A DNA stretch of 64,000 nucleotides, taken from contig JAZPXN010000035.1 of the NCBI GenBank assembly GCA_045543655.1, positions 955 to 64,954 of the forward strand, in the 5' to 3' direction. Position numbers and translations under genes: made by a program. Within the stretch, counting starts at the first letter, position 1. The number at the start of each line of letters is the position of its first letter. This document shows positions 27,040 through 38,100 of the stretch, piece after piece. The DNA is from Eubacteriales bacterium (lineage in GTDB: Bacteria; Bacillota; Clostridia; Oscillospirales; UBA644). The notes under the pieces are model-generated. The model was not told the DNA's origin. It made no database searches and saw nothing but the letters and a program-made list of their open reading frames with translations.

Positions 27040-27771
27040 ATGATTCAATCCATCTTTACCGTCACGGAAAATATTCCGCTGACCAAAGACGTTATGAAAA
27101 TGACTCTGACCGGGGATTGCAGCGCCATCACCTGCCCCGGCCAGTTCGTCAATCTGAAGATCGAAGGCCGCTACCTGCGGCGCCCCATCTCGGTCTGTGA
27201 CCGGCAGGGAAGCGAGTTGACCCTGATCTATAAGATCGTGGGCGGCGGCACGAAGGATATGTCCGAAATGCCCGCCGGGACGAAGATCGACATCCTCACG
27301 GGGCTCGGCAACGGCTACGATCTGACCAAGGCGGGAGACCGTCCCCTGTTGGTAGGGGGCGGCGTAGGCGTGCCTCCCATGTATCTGCTGGCCAAGGACC
27401 TGATCGCCCAGGGCAAGAAGGTTTCGGTCATTCTGGGCTTCAACACCGCCGGCGAGGTTTTTTACGAAGAAGAATTCAAAGCCCTCGGATGTGACGTGCG
27501 CGTCACCACCGTGGACGGAAGCCGGGGAATCAAGGGCTTCGTCACCGATGCCCTCGACGGCATCGACGCCACCTATTTCTTTACCTGCGGTCCCGAGCCC
27601 ATGCTGAAGGCCCTGTATCACAAGACCGAGATTTCCGGCCAGTTCAGCTTCGAAGAGCGGATGGGCTGCGGCTTCGGCGCCTGCATGGGCTGCTCCTGCA
27701 AGACCAAATACGGAAACAAGCGCATCTGCAAGGACGGCCCCGTGCTGGAGAAGGAGGAAATTATATGGTAA
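27040..27771 (+). CDS. pyrK: Dihydroorotate dehydrogenase electron-transfer subunit
   Basis: FAD/NAD-binding fold with the C-terminal 2Fe-2S motif CGFGACMGCSC. Confidence 0.9.
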   Translation: MIQSIFTVTENIPLTKDVMKMTLTGDCSAITCPGQFVNLKIEGRYLRRPISVCDRQGSELTLIYKIVGGGTKDMSEMPAGTKIDILTGLGNGYDLTKAGDRPLLVGGGVGVPPMYLLAKDLIAQGKKVSVILGFNTAGEVFYEEEFKALGCDVRVTTVDGSRGIKGFVTDALDGIDATYFFTCGPEPMLKALYHKTEISGQFSFEERMGCGFGACMGCSCKTKYGNKRICKDGPVLEKEEIIW

Positions 27772-28673
27772 ATACGAAAGTAACGCTGTGCGGCATTGAA
27801 ATGGACAACCCCGTCATCCCCGCCAGCGGAACCTTCGGCTACGGATACGAATTTGCCGAACTGTACGATATCAATATTTTGGGGTCCTTCTCTTTTAAGG
27901 GGACTACCCTGGAGCCCCGATTCGGGAACCCTACTCCCCGCATTGCGGAATGCACCGCCGGCATGATCAACGCGGTCGGTCTGCAGAATCCCGGGGTGGA
28001 CAAGGTCATCTCCGAAGAGCTGCCCCGGCTGGCAAAATGCTTCCGTAAGCCGGTCATGGCCAACGTCAGCGGATTTTCCGTGCCCGATTACGCGGCCACC
28101 TGCGAAAAGCTGGACAAATGCGATCAGGTAGGTTGGCTTGAAGTCAACGTTTCCTGCCCGAACGTCCACGGCGGCGGGATGTCCTTCGGGACCTCCCCCG
28201 AGGCGGCGGCAGAGGTAACGAGAGCCGTCAAGGCCGTCACCAAGAAGCCGGTCATCATCAAGCTTTCCCCCAACGTCACCGATATCGTTTCCATCGCCAA
28301 GGCCTGCGAAGAAGCGGGCGCCGACGGCATCAGTCTGATCAATACCCTTTTGGGAATGCGCATCGATCTGAAAACGAAAAAACCGGTCATCGCCAATAAA
28401 ATGGGCGGATTTTCCGGATCGGCCATCTTCCCCGTAGCGGTGCGGATGGTCTATCAGGTGGCCCACGCGGTCGATATCCCCGTGGTGGGCATGGGAGGCG
28501 TGACCACGGCGGAAGACGTCATTGAGCTGATGCTCGCCGGAGCGACGGCCGTTCAGGTAGGCGCCGCAAATCTCATCGAGCCCTACGCTTGCAAAAATAT
28601 CATCGAAGATCTGCCGCGGGTCATGGAAAAGTACGGGATTTCCGACCTGAACGACATTATCGGAAAGGCGTAA
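27765..28673 (+). CDS. pyrD: Dihydroorotate dehydrogenase B, catalytic subunit
   Basis: ...NPVIPASGTFGYG...EVNVSCPNV... Confidence 0.95.
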   Translation: MVNTKVTLCGIEMDNPVIPASGTFGYGYEFAELYDINILGSFSFKGTTLEPRFGNPTPRIAECTAGMINAVGLQNPGVDKVISEELPRLAKCFRKPVMANVSGFSVPDYAATCEKLDKCDQVGWLEVNVSCPNVHGGGMSFGTSPEAAAEVTRAVKAVTKKPVIIKLSPNVTDIVSIAKACEEAGADGISLINTLLGMRIDLKTKKPVIANKMGGFSGSAIFPVAVRMVYQVAHAVDIPVVGMGGVTTAEDVIELMLAGATAVQVGAANLIEPYACKNIIEDLPRVMEKYGISDLNDIIGKA

Positions 28674-28678
28674 CCGTT

Positions 28679-29476
28679 ATGATATTCAAAACCATTCCCC
28701 TCCGCGCCGACGATCCGGAGATCACGCTGGACGCCTACGTTGCGGATCAATACAAGAAAAGTCTGCGCAAGGCCCTTCTGGTCATCCCCGGAGGCGGCTA
28801 CGGCGGCATCTGCTCCGACCGGGAAGGAGAGCCGATCGCTCTGGCCTTCCTGCCCTACGGATACAACGCCTTCGTGCTGAAATATTCCGTAGGACGCAAG
28901 CGTCCCTTCCCCGCGCAGCTGATCGAGGCAGCCACGGCAATCAAGCATATCAAGGATCACGCCGAAGAATACGGCATTGATCCGGAAGAGCTGTTCGTCA
29001 CCGGCTTTTCCGCCGGAGGACACCTAACCGCATCCTGCGGAATTCTATGGAAGCACCCTGCCGTTTACCAGGCGCTGGAGATGCCCTACGGATACAACAA
29101 GCCCAAGGGGATCATGCCCATCTACCCCGTCGTCAACGGTCACGAGGGTTCCTTTAAGAATCTTTGGTGCACCGACGATCCTACCGAGGATCAGCGGGCC
29201 CAGACCTATCTGAACCTTCACGTAGACGAAGACTCCTCCCCTGCCTTTATCCTGCATACCTTCACCGATCAGATCGTGCCGGTGCAGGATTCTCTGGATC
29301 TGGCCAACGCCTACATCAAGGCCGGCGTTCCCATTGAGATGCATATTTATCCCAAGGGTCCCCACGGCATGGCTCTGGCAAACCGAATCACCGCATGGGA
29401 CGGCCAGGAGGCCTACGTAAACCCCGAGATCGCCAAATGGGTCGGCATGGCCGCCGCATGGGCAGACAGTCTGTAA
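28679..29476 (+). CDS. Alpha/beta hydrolase (esterase/lipase-like) embedded in the pyr operon
   Basis: Trimmed to ATG 28679 (MIFKTIPL...). Contains ...LLVIPGGGYGG... and the nucleophile elbow GFSAGGH. Lies 5 nt after the pyrD stop. Confidence 0.85.
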   Translation: MIFKTIPLRADDPEITLDAYVADQYKKSLRKALLVIPGGGYGGICSDREGEPIALAFLPYGYNAFVLKYSVGRKRPFPAQLIEAATAIKHIKDHAEEYGIDPEELFVTGFSAGGHLTASCGILWKHPAVYQALEMPYGYNKPKGIMPIYPVVNGHEGSFKNLWCTDDPTEDQRAQTYLNLHVDEDSSPAFILHTFTDQIVPVQDSLDLANAYIKAGVPIEMHIYPKGPHGMALANRITAWDGQEAYVNPEIAKWVGMAAAWADSL

Positions 29477-29502
29477 ATTATTGATTCAAAAGGAGATATA
29501 TC

Positions 29503-30201
29503 ATGGGAAAAGACGTTATCATCGCCTGCGATTTTGACAGCGCGGAAAAAACCTTTGCCTTCCTCGACAAATTCACCGGCCGCAAGCCCTTCGTGAAAAT
29601 CGGAATGGAGCTGTACTACGCCGAAGGCCCTTCCATCGTGAAGGAGATCAAAAAGCGAGGGCATAAGATCTTCTTGGATCTGAAGCTCCACGATATCCCC
29701 AACACCGTAAAGAAATCCATGGCGGTCCTGTCCCGCCTTGACGTGGATATGACCAACCTCCACGCCGCCGGCACCTGCCGGATGATGGAGGCCGCCATCG
29801 AGGGGCTGACCCGTCCCGACGGCACCCGCCCCCTGCTCATTGCCGTCACCCAGCTGACCTCTACCGACCAGGAGAGCATGGAAAAGGATCTCTGGATCGA
29901 AAAGCCCATCGCCGACGTGGTCATGCATTACGCTCATAACGCCAAGCTCGCCGGTCTGGACGGCGTGGTCTGCTCTCCCCTTGAGGCGGGCAAGGTTCAC
30001 GATACCTGCGGCAAGGACTTCGTCACCGTTACCCCCGGCGTTCGCTTTGCCGACGGTGACGTCGGAGACCAGAAGCGGGTCATGACCCCCGCCCAGGCAA
30101 AAGAGATCGGCTCCGATTATATCGTGGTCGGCCGTCCCATTACCGCCGCCGAAGACCCCGTGGCCGCCTACGAGCGCTGCATTGCGGAATTCGTGGGGTA
30201 A
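29503..30201 (+). CDS. pyrF: Orotidine 5'-phosphate decarboxylase
   Basis: ...IIACDFDS...[12 protein letters not shown]...VVGRPI... Confidence 0.95.
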   Translation: MGKDVIIACDFDSAEKTFAFLDKFTGRKPFVKIGMELYYAEGPSIVKEIKKRGHKIFLDLKLHDIPNTVKKSMAVLSRLDVDMTNLHAAGTCRMMEAAIEGLTRPDGTRPLLIAVTQLTSTDQESMEKDLWIEKPIADVVMHYAHNAKLAGLDGVVCSPLEAGKVHDTCGKDFVTVTPGVRFADGDVGDQKRVMTPAQAKEIGSDYIVVGRPITAAEDPVAAYERCIAEFVG

Positions 30202-30205
30202 TCCA

Positions 30206-30823
30206 ATGAAAAAGGTAATTCTGCTTGGAGACTCCATCCGCATGATGGGATACGGAGACGCCGTAGCTCAGGCCTTGTCCGAGGACTTTCAGGTCTGGCA
30301 GCCCTCCGAAAATTGCCGCTCTGCCCAGCACACCCTGCGCGGGCTGTTCGATTGGAGAGAGAATCTGAACGGAGCGGACATCGTCCATTGGAACAACGGG
30401 CATTGGGATCTATGCAATCTGTTCGGAGACGGAAATTTCACCCCCATCGACCGCTACGTGGAGGAAATGGTCCGGATCGCGACCCTGCTGAAGGCGCAGG
30501 CAAAGACCGTGATTTTCGCCACCACGACCCCCGTCCGACCGGAGAACAGATATAATAAAAATTCCGACGTAGAGCGGTACAATCAGGCGCTGATTCCCCG
30601 GCTGAAGGAGATGGGCATCGAGATCAACGACCTCTACACTCCCCTTTCCCGGGATATCCCCCGCTATATCTGTAACGATCTGATCCACCTGAGCGAGGAA
30701 GGGATCTCCCTCTGTGCCCAATACGTGGAGCAGGCCATCCGTGCCGCCGCAAAAAACCTCCCGGAGGAAGATCCGGAGATTGCCGCTGCGGAAGGTTCCG
30801 GGGAATCCGGAGCACCCATCTGA
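30206..30823 (+). CDS. SGNH/GDSL hydrolase-family protein embedded in the pyr operon
   Basis: Trimmed to ATG 30206 (MKKVILLGDSIRMMGYG...). C-terminal ...DLIHLSEEG (DxxH block). Lies 4 nt after the pyrF stop. Confidence 0.85.
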   Translation: MKKVILLGDSIRMMGYGDAVAQALSEDFQVWQPSENCRSAQHTLRGLFDWRENLNGADIVHWNNGHWDLCNLFGDGNFTPIDRYVEEMVRIATLLKAQAKTVIFATTTPVRPENRYNKNSDVERYNQALIPRLKEMGIEINDLYTPLSRDIPRYICNDLIHLSEEGISLCAQYVEQAIRAAAKNLPEEDPEIAAAEGSGESGAPI

Positions 30824-30851
30824 CCAAGATTTAAACAAAGGAGATACAATC

Positions 30852-31508
30852 ATGGAAGCTTATAAGAGAGAGTTTATTGAATTTCTGCAATCCGCCGGCG
30901 TGTTGAAATTCGGCGATTTCACCGCAAAATCCGGCCGGAAGATCCCCTATTTCATCAATGCCGGCATGATCAAGACCGGAGACCAGATCACCAAAATGGG
31001 GGAATTTTACGCCAAAGCATACTTTGACAAGCTGGGCAAGAAGCAGACCGTCCTTTACGGCCCCGCCTACAAGGGCATCCCCCTGTCCATTTCCGCCGCC
31101 GTGGCTCTGTCCAAAAACGGTCTTGACGTGCCCTTCTTCTTTAACCGCAAGGAAGTGAAGGATCACGGCGAGGGCGGCACCTTCGTGGGATACGTTCCTC
31201 AGGCCGGGGAAGAGATCGTCATCATCGAAGACGTTATCACCGCCGGCACCGCCATCCGGGAAAGCATGGAGATCCTGAAGCATCTTCAGGACACCAAGGT
31301 CGTGGCAACCTTCATCATGGTCGACCGGAAGGAAAAGGGTCAGACCGACAAGGGCGCCATGCAGGAAATCGAAGAGCAATTCGGCTTCCCCGTCTATTCC
31401 GTGGTGGACGTCTACGATATCATCGAATATCTGGAAGAGGATCCCGCCAACGAAGAAAACGTGACCCGGATCAAAAATTATCTTGCCGTTAACGGAGCGA
31501 AAGCATGA
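30852..31508 (+). CDS. pyrE: Orotate phosphoribosyltransferase
   Basis: Trimmed to ATG 30852 ([12 protein letters not shown]...[16 protein letters not shown]...). PRPP motif [11 protein letters not shown]. Confidence 0.95.
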   Translation: MEAYKREFIEFLQSAGVLKFGDFTAKSGRKIPYFINAGMIKTGDQITKMGEFYAKAYFDKLGKKQTVLYGPAYKGIPLSISAAVALSKNGLDVPFFFNRKEVKDHGEGGTFVGYVPQAGEEIVIIEDVITAGTAIRESMEILKHLQDTKVVATFIMVDRKEKGQTDKGAMQEIEEQFGFPVYSVVDVYDIIEYLEEDPANEENVTRIKNYLAVNGAKA

Positions 31509-32419
31509 GAAGCCTGATTGATATTCTCGACCTGTCCCCCGCAGAGATCGACGAGCTGATCGCAAAGGCCAACGATATTATCGAAAACCCCGGAAAATAT
31601 TCGGAAAAATGCAGGGGGAAGAAGCTTGCCACCCTCTTCTTCGAACCGTCCACCCGCACCCGTCTCTCCTTTGAGGCGGCCATGTACGAGCTGGGCGGCA
31701 GCGTTCTGGGCTTTTCCGAGGCGCAGTCTTCTTCCGCCGCCAAGGGAGAAAGCGTTTCGGATACGGCCAAGACCGTCAGCTGTTACGCCGATATCATTGC
31801 GATGCGTCATCCCAAGGAAGGGGCCCCCTACGTGGCGTCCATGGCGGCGTCCATCCCCGTGATCAACGCCGGAGACGGCGGCCATAACCATCCCACCCAG
31901 ACCCTGACCGACCTTCTGACCATCTCCCGGGAGAAGGGCAAAATCGACGGACTGACGGTGGGCTTCTGCGGAGATTTGAAGTTCGGCCGGACGGTTCACT
32001 CCCTCATCGGAGCCCTGTCCCGCTATACCAACGTAAAGATCGTGCTGATCTCCCCCGAGGAGCTGAAGGTGCCCAGCTATATCAAGCAGGACGTACTGAA
32101 GAAAAACGGCATTGAATACGTGCAGACCACCGATCTGGAGGCGGCGTTGCCGGAGCTGGATATTCTGTATATGACCCGGGTTCAGCGGGAACGCTTCTTC
32201 AACGAAGAAGACTATCTCCGCCTGCGGGACAGCTATATTCTGACCCCCTCCAAGCTGAAAAACGCGAAATCCGACCTTTGCATCATGCATCCTCTGCCCC
32301 GGGTCAACGAGATCTCCGTAGAAATCGACGACGATCCGAGAGCCTGCTACTTCAAGCAGGTTCTGTACGGAAAATTCATCCGCATGGCCCTGATTCTGAA
32401 GCTTCTGGAGGTGGAATAA
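31505..32419 (+). CDS. pyrB: Aspartate carbamoyltransferase catalytic subunit
   Basis: ...[14 protein letters not shown]...HPTQ...HPLPR... Confidence 0.95.
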   Translation: MRSLIDILDLSPAEIDELIAKANDIIENPGKYSEKCRGKKLATLFFEPSTRTRLSFEAAMYELGGSVLGFSEAQSSSAAKGESVSDTAKTVSCYADIIAMRHPKEGAPYVASMAASIPVINAGDGGHNHPTQTLTDLLTISREKGKIDGLTVGFCGDLKFGRTVHSLIGALSRYTNVKIVLISPEELKVPSYIKQDVLKKNGIEYVQTTDLEAALPELDILYMTRVQRERFFNEEDYLRLRDSYILTPSKLKNAKSDLCIMHPLPRVNEISVEIDDDPRACYFKQVLYGKFIRMALILKLLEVE

Positions 32420-32420
32420 T

Positions 32421-32837
32421 ATGCATATCGATTCCATTCGCAACGGCCTTGTCATCGACCATATTTCCGCCGGGAAGGGCATGCAGATCTACGATCTGCT
32501 GGGGCTGGGCAATCTGGATTGCACCGTCGCCATCATTAAGAATTCCAATAGCCGGAAGATGGGGAAAAAGGATATCATTAAGATCGACGCGGAAATCGAC
32601 GTAGACCTGGATATCCTGGGCTACGTGGATCCGGGCATCACCATCAACGTAATCAAGGACGGCGTTCTCACGGAGAAGAAGACCGTGGATCTCCCCGCCA
32701 CCCTGACCAACGTGCTGAAGTGCAAAAATCCCCGGTGCATCACCTCCACCGAGCAGGAGCTGAAGCATATCTTCAAGCTGACCGACCCCGAAAAGCGCAT
32801 CTACCGCTGCATTTACTGCGAAACCGCCTCGAAATAA
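32421..32837 (+). CDS. pyrI: Aspartate carbamoyltransferase regulatory subunit
   Basis: ...IRNGLVIDHI... and the C-terminal zinc motif CKNPRCIT...YRCIYCE. Confidence 0.9.
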   Translation: MHIDSIRNGLVIDHISAGKGMQIYDLLGLGNLDCTVAIIKNSNSRKMGKKDIIKIDAEIDVDLDILGYVDPGITINVIKDGVLTEKKTVDLPATLTNVLKCKNPRCITSTEQELKHIFKLTDPEKRIYRCIYCETASK

Positions 32838-33123
32838 GTAACCGGGCGGAAGGAGCGCAACCTGCAATTACACTTTGAATACGGAACGGATCCGGGAGGA
32901 GGCCTGTGCGGGACGGCTGGAGGGGAACCCCATCCGTGAGGATATCGAGCAGGCAGGCAAAATCTGCGTCTATCAAAGCACCACAGTAGGACACAAGCAC
33001 ATCGCCACCTTCCCCACCGTTTTCACGAATAAGCTTCGCATCGGGATCGACGCAGAAGCTGCGCCCCATACCATGAAAACCGTGTCCGCTCATTATCTCA
33101 ACTGAAAAAACCGTCAAAAGAAC

Positions 33124-33154
33124 GAACCGCCTCGGCCAATTACCGAAGCGGTTC
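33124..33154. terminator. Bidirectional terminator (pyr operon / alpha-galactosidase gene)
   Basis: 12-bp stem gaaccgcctcgg/ccgaagcggttc (one mismatch). T7 follows on the plus strand and T-rich sequence on the minus strand. Confidence 0.65.
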
Positions 33155-33161
33155 CGTTTTT

Positions 33162-34967
33162 TTATTCTGTAAACAATGCGGCAAAGCTCTCGTGAGGCGC
33201 AAGGCTGACGGTCAAAGTCCCCTCGGACAATGCGAAGGGCTTCCGGGATTCCAGGGAATGCTTCACGCCGGGGACGGTCAAGGTGGCCGCCTCGTCACTC
33301 CAGTTGATCACCACCATACTCCGCTCGCTTTCCCAGACCGAGGGGCGGCGATCGTCGGTGACGAGATACCGGGGGCGGCCCAACTCTCCGGCCACGGAAA
33401 GGGCGTTTTTCAGGATCTCAACGCCCCGTTCGTTCAGCACGGACAACCGGTCGGATAGGAAAATATTCCCGCCACAGACCGCCACCAGATTGGCCCAGGT
33501 CTCCGCTTCCAGGGAATTGAACTGATCCCCATGCCGCCAATGGCGCTTAAAGCATTCCGACTCGCTTTCCAGGGCCCGGGCCGGGGGGATGAATCCGTTA
33601 TAGCCGCCCTCCCAAATCAATTCCTCGTCGGCGGTCTCCGCGCCCCGCACCACCATAAAATCGGGATCGATACGGGTGACCCTACCGTTATACACCCAGG
33701 TATATTTCAGCGAATCGGCAATCCAATACACGTGATCCCAATGGTTGTGAATATCCACGCCGATGCGCATGGACGGCGCCACGTCCGCCCCGCACTGCAC
33801 CGGAAGGGAGCATCCCAGAATCACCACGTCCTCTCCGGTAACCCGCCGGACGTCCTCCATCAGATTCTGCAGTGCCGAGTAGGGCGCGGCCTCGGGATCG
33901 TGGAAGGTCTTGACCTTCAGCAAAGGGCTGAGATAGTCGATTTTAAACAGACGATAGCCCGCCCGGTACTGATAGCGGTAATTATCCAGAATATATTCCC
34001 GCGCCTCAGGGTGAGTGGGGTCGAGATAATACATTCCGTCGGAAAAGAAGCTTCCGTCCGGCTCCTTACAGAACCATTCGGGATGGGACCTCCACAAAGA
34101 ATCCTCCTTCCGGACGGCCAAAGGCGCCATCCAGATCCCAGCCTTGAAGCCGGCCTTATTGATGGCCTCGGCAAGAGAGGCGATTCCGCAGGAGAATTTC
34201 CCGTTTTCGGTCCAGACGCCCCATTCCTTCTGCCAGCCGTCGTCGATCACCACGTAATCCAGCCGATCCCGGAAGGGCATCTTCTCCAGTGCCGCAAGAT
34301 TTTCCAGTACGTCCTCGGGGGTGACCCGATCCAGATAATAATCCCAGGTATTCCACCCCGTCAGCTTAGGCATGGGAAAGGAGCTTTGGGGCAGCAGATT
34401 CCGATACCAGTCTCCGAATTCTTCTGCCGTAAGCCCTTCCAGATAATAGGCTTTTTCGCTGACGAGGCGCTTCGAACGGGAGGCCTCCACGGTAAATTCC
34501 GTCTTGACGAACAGCTCCACGTCCCCCGAAAGCCGGGTGACCACGCCCGCACCGCAAAGATTCCGGAAGGGGGCAAGACCGCAGACCGTAACGCCGGGGG
34601 CACAAAAATTTTTATAGACCCCAACGCCGTCGGCCACGTATTCCCGGTCGATCCCTACCTCGTCGGGATATCGGGTCTCCCCGTAAGCGGAGGAATTGGT
34701 ATAAAAGCCGTAGCGTACCGGCCGTTCCTGCTTGCCGATCTCCAGAACGATGCTGTCCATCCGGCACACGTTCAAGGGCTTTTCCGAAGAAATCTCCAGT
34801 TCCGTTCCAAAACCGCCCGCCACGGGCACCAGCCGCCAGACGATGGAAACGCCCCGGTAGGTTCCGGTATAAACCCCGTCCTCTCCGGCAGTCAGATGAT
34901 CCTTGTTCAGATATAAAATACTTCCGTCGTTAAAACAGATCCGAATTCCCGGCGTCATAAAAAACAT
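33162..34967 (-). CDS. Alpha-galactosidase-like glycoside hydrolase (GH36/GH27 clan)
   Basis: Trimmed to ATG 34967 (MFFMTPGIRI...). Contains ...TGWNTWDYY...DYVVIDDGWQKEWG...GIWMAP...FKIDYL... Confidence 0.8.
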   Translation of the reverse strand: MFFMTPGIRICFNDGSILYLNKDHLTAGEDGVYTGTYRGVSIVWRLVPVAGGFGTELEISSEKPLNVCRMDSIVLEIGKQERPVRYGFYTNSSAYGETRYPDEVGIDREYVADGVGVYKNFCAPGVTVCGLAPFRNLCGAGVVTRLSGDVELFVKTEFTVEASRSKRLVSEKAYYLEGLTAEEFGDWYRNLLPQSSFPMPKLTGWNTWDYYLDRVTPEDVLENLAALEKMPFRDRLDYVVIDDGWQKEWGVWTENGKFSCGIASLAEAINKAGFKAGIWMAPLAVRKEDSLWRSHPEWFCKEPDGSFFSDGMYYLDPTHPEAREYILDNYRYQYRAGYRLFKIDYLSPLLKVKTFHDPEAAPYSALQNLMEDVRRVTGEDVVILGCSLPVQCGADVAPSMRIGVDIHNHWDHVYWIADSLKYTWVYNGRVTRIDPDFMVVRGAETADEELIWEGGYNGFIPPARALESESECFKRHWRHGDQFNSLEAETWANLVAVCGGNIFLSDRLSVLNERGVEILKNALSVAGELGRPRYLVTDDRRPSVWESERSMVVINWSDEAATLTVPGVKHSLESRKPFALSEGTLTVSLAPHESFAALFTE

Positions 34968-35085
34968 CCTTTTTCCGATTTTTTTACAGTATAGCATTTC
35001 CACCGGTCTGCTGTCAACCGTCTCGGGAAACGGTTCGATCAATTGTCACAATCTCAAAACAAAAAGACGAAAAACTGAAACAAAA

Positions 35086-35117
35086 AGAAGACGAAGCCTC
35101 TTAAGGCTCCGTCTTCT
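35086..35117 (-). terminator. Rho-independent terminator closing the tubulin-like operon
   Basis: 13-bp stem (one mismatch) agaagacgaagcc/ggctccgtcttct, 24 nt after the stop at 35141. On the minus strand it is followed by T-rich CTTTTTGTTTCAGTTTTT. Confidence 0.7.
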
Positions 35118-35140
35118 TTGCTTCATGAAATTTCGGGGGA

Positions 35141-38100
35141 TTACTTGCGCTGGAATTTGAAGGTGACCGTCCGGAGATTCTTGTTCCAGCCGTAGCGGAA
35201 ACGGTTAACGTCCAGCTTTTTGTCGGTCTTGGAAAGAACCTTCAGAAGATCGTATCCGTCCTTCCCGTCGGCACAGAGCTTGTTCAGCGCCGTTTCGTAC
35301 ACCTCCCGGGTGGTGCACTTAAAGGAGAAGGAATCTGCCTTGTTCTCGATTGCAATCTGGGCAATGGCGCGAATCTTGTTAAGATCGTAGGTCTCCAGGA
35401 CGTATCCGTTGTGATAGAAGTAATTGGCCTTGGTTGCCTCGCATTTTGGCATTTCCAGAGGGCACATCTTCAGATCGCGGGTACGGAGCAATTCTTCCTC
35501 GGTGATACAGAAATAATCGAAGCCGAGATCGTTGCTCTTGACGGTCTGCACCGTATTGGAGCTGTCGTCCCAGGTGGTATCGATATAATAATAATCGCCG
35601 TCGATCTTGATGATATTCCAGGCGTGGCCGCCGCCCAATTCTCCGGTATCCTTGATAATATTCCCGGCGGCTTCGGCGCATTCGACGCCGCATTTCTGCA
35701 GCAGATACTGCAGCGCCCGGGCATATCCCTCGCAGACCGCCTTCCCGTCCAGGAAGACGCCGTAGATGGAGCGCAGACGGTCGATCTCCTCCAGCTTGGG
35801 ACCGCCGGCCGCCTTCTCCCGGTTCAGAGAAACGGTATCGTAGTCCACGGAGGAAATCAGCTTCACGTGCATCCGCAGAGCCACGTCGTAAGCGCTCATA
35901 GCGTCGGTAATCCCGTCAAGGTACTTAGGCACGACCTCGTCGATGCGGCGCCGGATCTCTTCCGCTTCAGTTGCGGTAGCCCCGTACCAGAAGCGGATCT
36001 CCGACCCTCTCAGCTGCGCGATCTTATACCAAAACAGCTCCGGATGGTCGAAGGCAATGCATTCCGACACCGTGTCCACGTCAGCGGAGGTAACGCCCCC
36101 TTCGGCAGGAATGACTTCGGCGAAATCCCGGATTCCGTCCAGCATAGCGTCGTACAACGCCTGACGCTCCAAACTCAACCGGGCGTAATAGAAATAGGGA
36201 ACCGAGCCGTCCGTCGTCCGGTCGGGGGTGGTAGGCACGTAGGGCTTGCCGTATTCCCCGGCACCGATGACTCGGGGCGTAAGCACCCGCACCACGGGCT
36301 TTTCCGATCCGCCGGAGTACTCCGACAGATACAGGAAGGGATTGTTCTTATACTGAGGATTGGCCAAAAGCTCCCGGACCAGCTTCCGGTATCCTTCCCC
36401 GGAAAGGGAGCCGTTGCTTTCGTAATAGGTCGAACGGGCCGACGCCAGTCCGTCGTGTCCGAGGAACCGCAGGTACTGGATCCCGACCAGCGCGGGGAGA
36501 CCTTCTGCCAGCCCCTCTTCCAGATTGGGGAGGTGCTTGATCTGCCAAACGTGGGACAGCTCCCGAACCAACAACTCGGAGAGATTTGCCGACGGAAGCT
36601 CGTATTCCACGTGCACCTTCTTTTTCTCGTCCACGTAGGATTTCAAAGGAAGATCGGCGCCTCTCCGCCGAAAATCGGGATGCTGTCGCAGGCTGTTGAC
36701 GATATTGACCGTCGACTCGAAGCAGAACTCGTAATCGTTATCCAGGGAAATCCCGTAGGAGCTCTCCAGGAAAATGCGGGCCCGGTCCAGATGCTCCTTC
36801 AGCACCCGCTTATGATTGCCCACCAGCTTGGCGGCGCATTCACGGCACATCTTACGCCCGTCAGGCAACGCCGTGACGTCCGGCCCCTTGGGATAGCGTT
36901 TTCCGCAGAAATCGCAGGTATCGCAGAGGGCGACCTCTTCGATGGGAACGAATTGGATCTCGTAATTCTCGTCGCACAGAAGGTTGGCAAGCTTGGTAAG
37001 CCCGGCGAAATCGAAGCAGGCAGGCTCCGCATCGCCGCCGTAATAGAGATAAGGACTCTTCTCTTCCGCCGCAGAATACCAATTCAGATATTTGCAGATG
37101 GGGTCGAAGAGGGTACGAAGAACGTGATCCCCGGAAGACATCAGAACCGAGATCACGCCGATATCGCTGGGGCAATCCTCGATGATCAGAAGCTCAACGC
37201 AGCCCGGCTCGGCAGAATATCCACGGCAAAAGGCCTTGGGCAATCTGGTCCTGATCGCCGTGGGGACGTCGAGATCCGTTCCCTCCGGAAGCACGGGGCA
37301 GACCGCCACGGAATCCGCCACCGAGGGGAACACGGAGCGCATCAGCTCGTGGAGCATCGCCGCGGCGAGCGAAGCGATCCGGGGGGCGTTTTCGCCGAAA
37401 CTGCCGGTCATTTTCAAGGACATGACCAGTGCGCCGTTTTCCGAAGAAACGCAACTGCCCTTTCCGCTCAGAATCGTATCGGAAGAGCAGACGGCCTCTT
37501 CCGGCACGATCCGCCCGTAACGGCGATAGGTCTGCCGGAAGGCATCCTCCCGTCCTTCGCAGGTCAGATCCTCGTAAGGCAGAGCGTCGGCACCGTTCAG
37601 GGCAAGGGTCCGGTGATTGATGGGCGTATACCCTTTGGTCAAAACCTCCATGGGGCGGCGATAGACCGCAAGATACACGTCTTCCACCCGGACGTCATCC
37701 CCGGCGCCCAGGGTCATATGCTTCGTGGGATAGACCCGGTCGGCGTCGGAAGACCAATGAACGTAATATTCCCGGTCGGGGAGATACTGATAAGAAACGT
37801 TGTTCCGTCCACCGGTGACGCGGCTGACGTAAATCTTCCCGGACTCGGGATCCAGGTTATTGATTACGTAGACGTTTCCGTCGTAGAGCATATTCTGCCC
37901 CACGATGAAATTCTGCGTGATCCGGTCCTTGGGGATAGGCAAAAGCAATTCCGCTTTGGGCGTCACGAGGCGGATCATGTTGCGACCCTTGACGTAATCG
38001 TAAAGCGTCCCATGCTTGCGCAGACGAACCTTATCCTCCGCAACGAAAACCCCGTCTTTCCCGAATTCTCTGCGGCTGTCGAATTCGAAATAGTCGTAAA

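Noticed and set aside
32875-33105. 76-aa ORF (TTG start) after pyrI, and the overlapping 114-aa minus-strand ORF 32773..33117, considered as real genes.
   Set aside because: The plus ORF has no RBS or credible start. The minus ORF would overlap pyrI by 65 nt and has no recognisable features. I kept this only as a possible gene-remnant observation.
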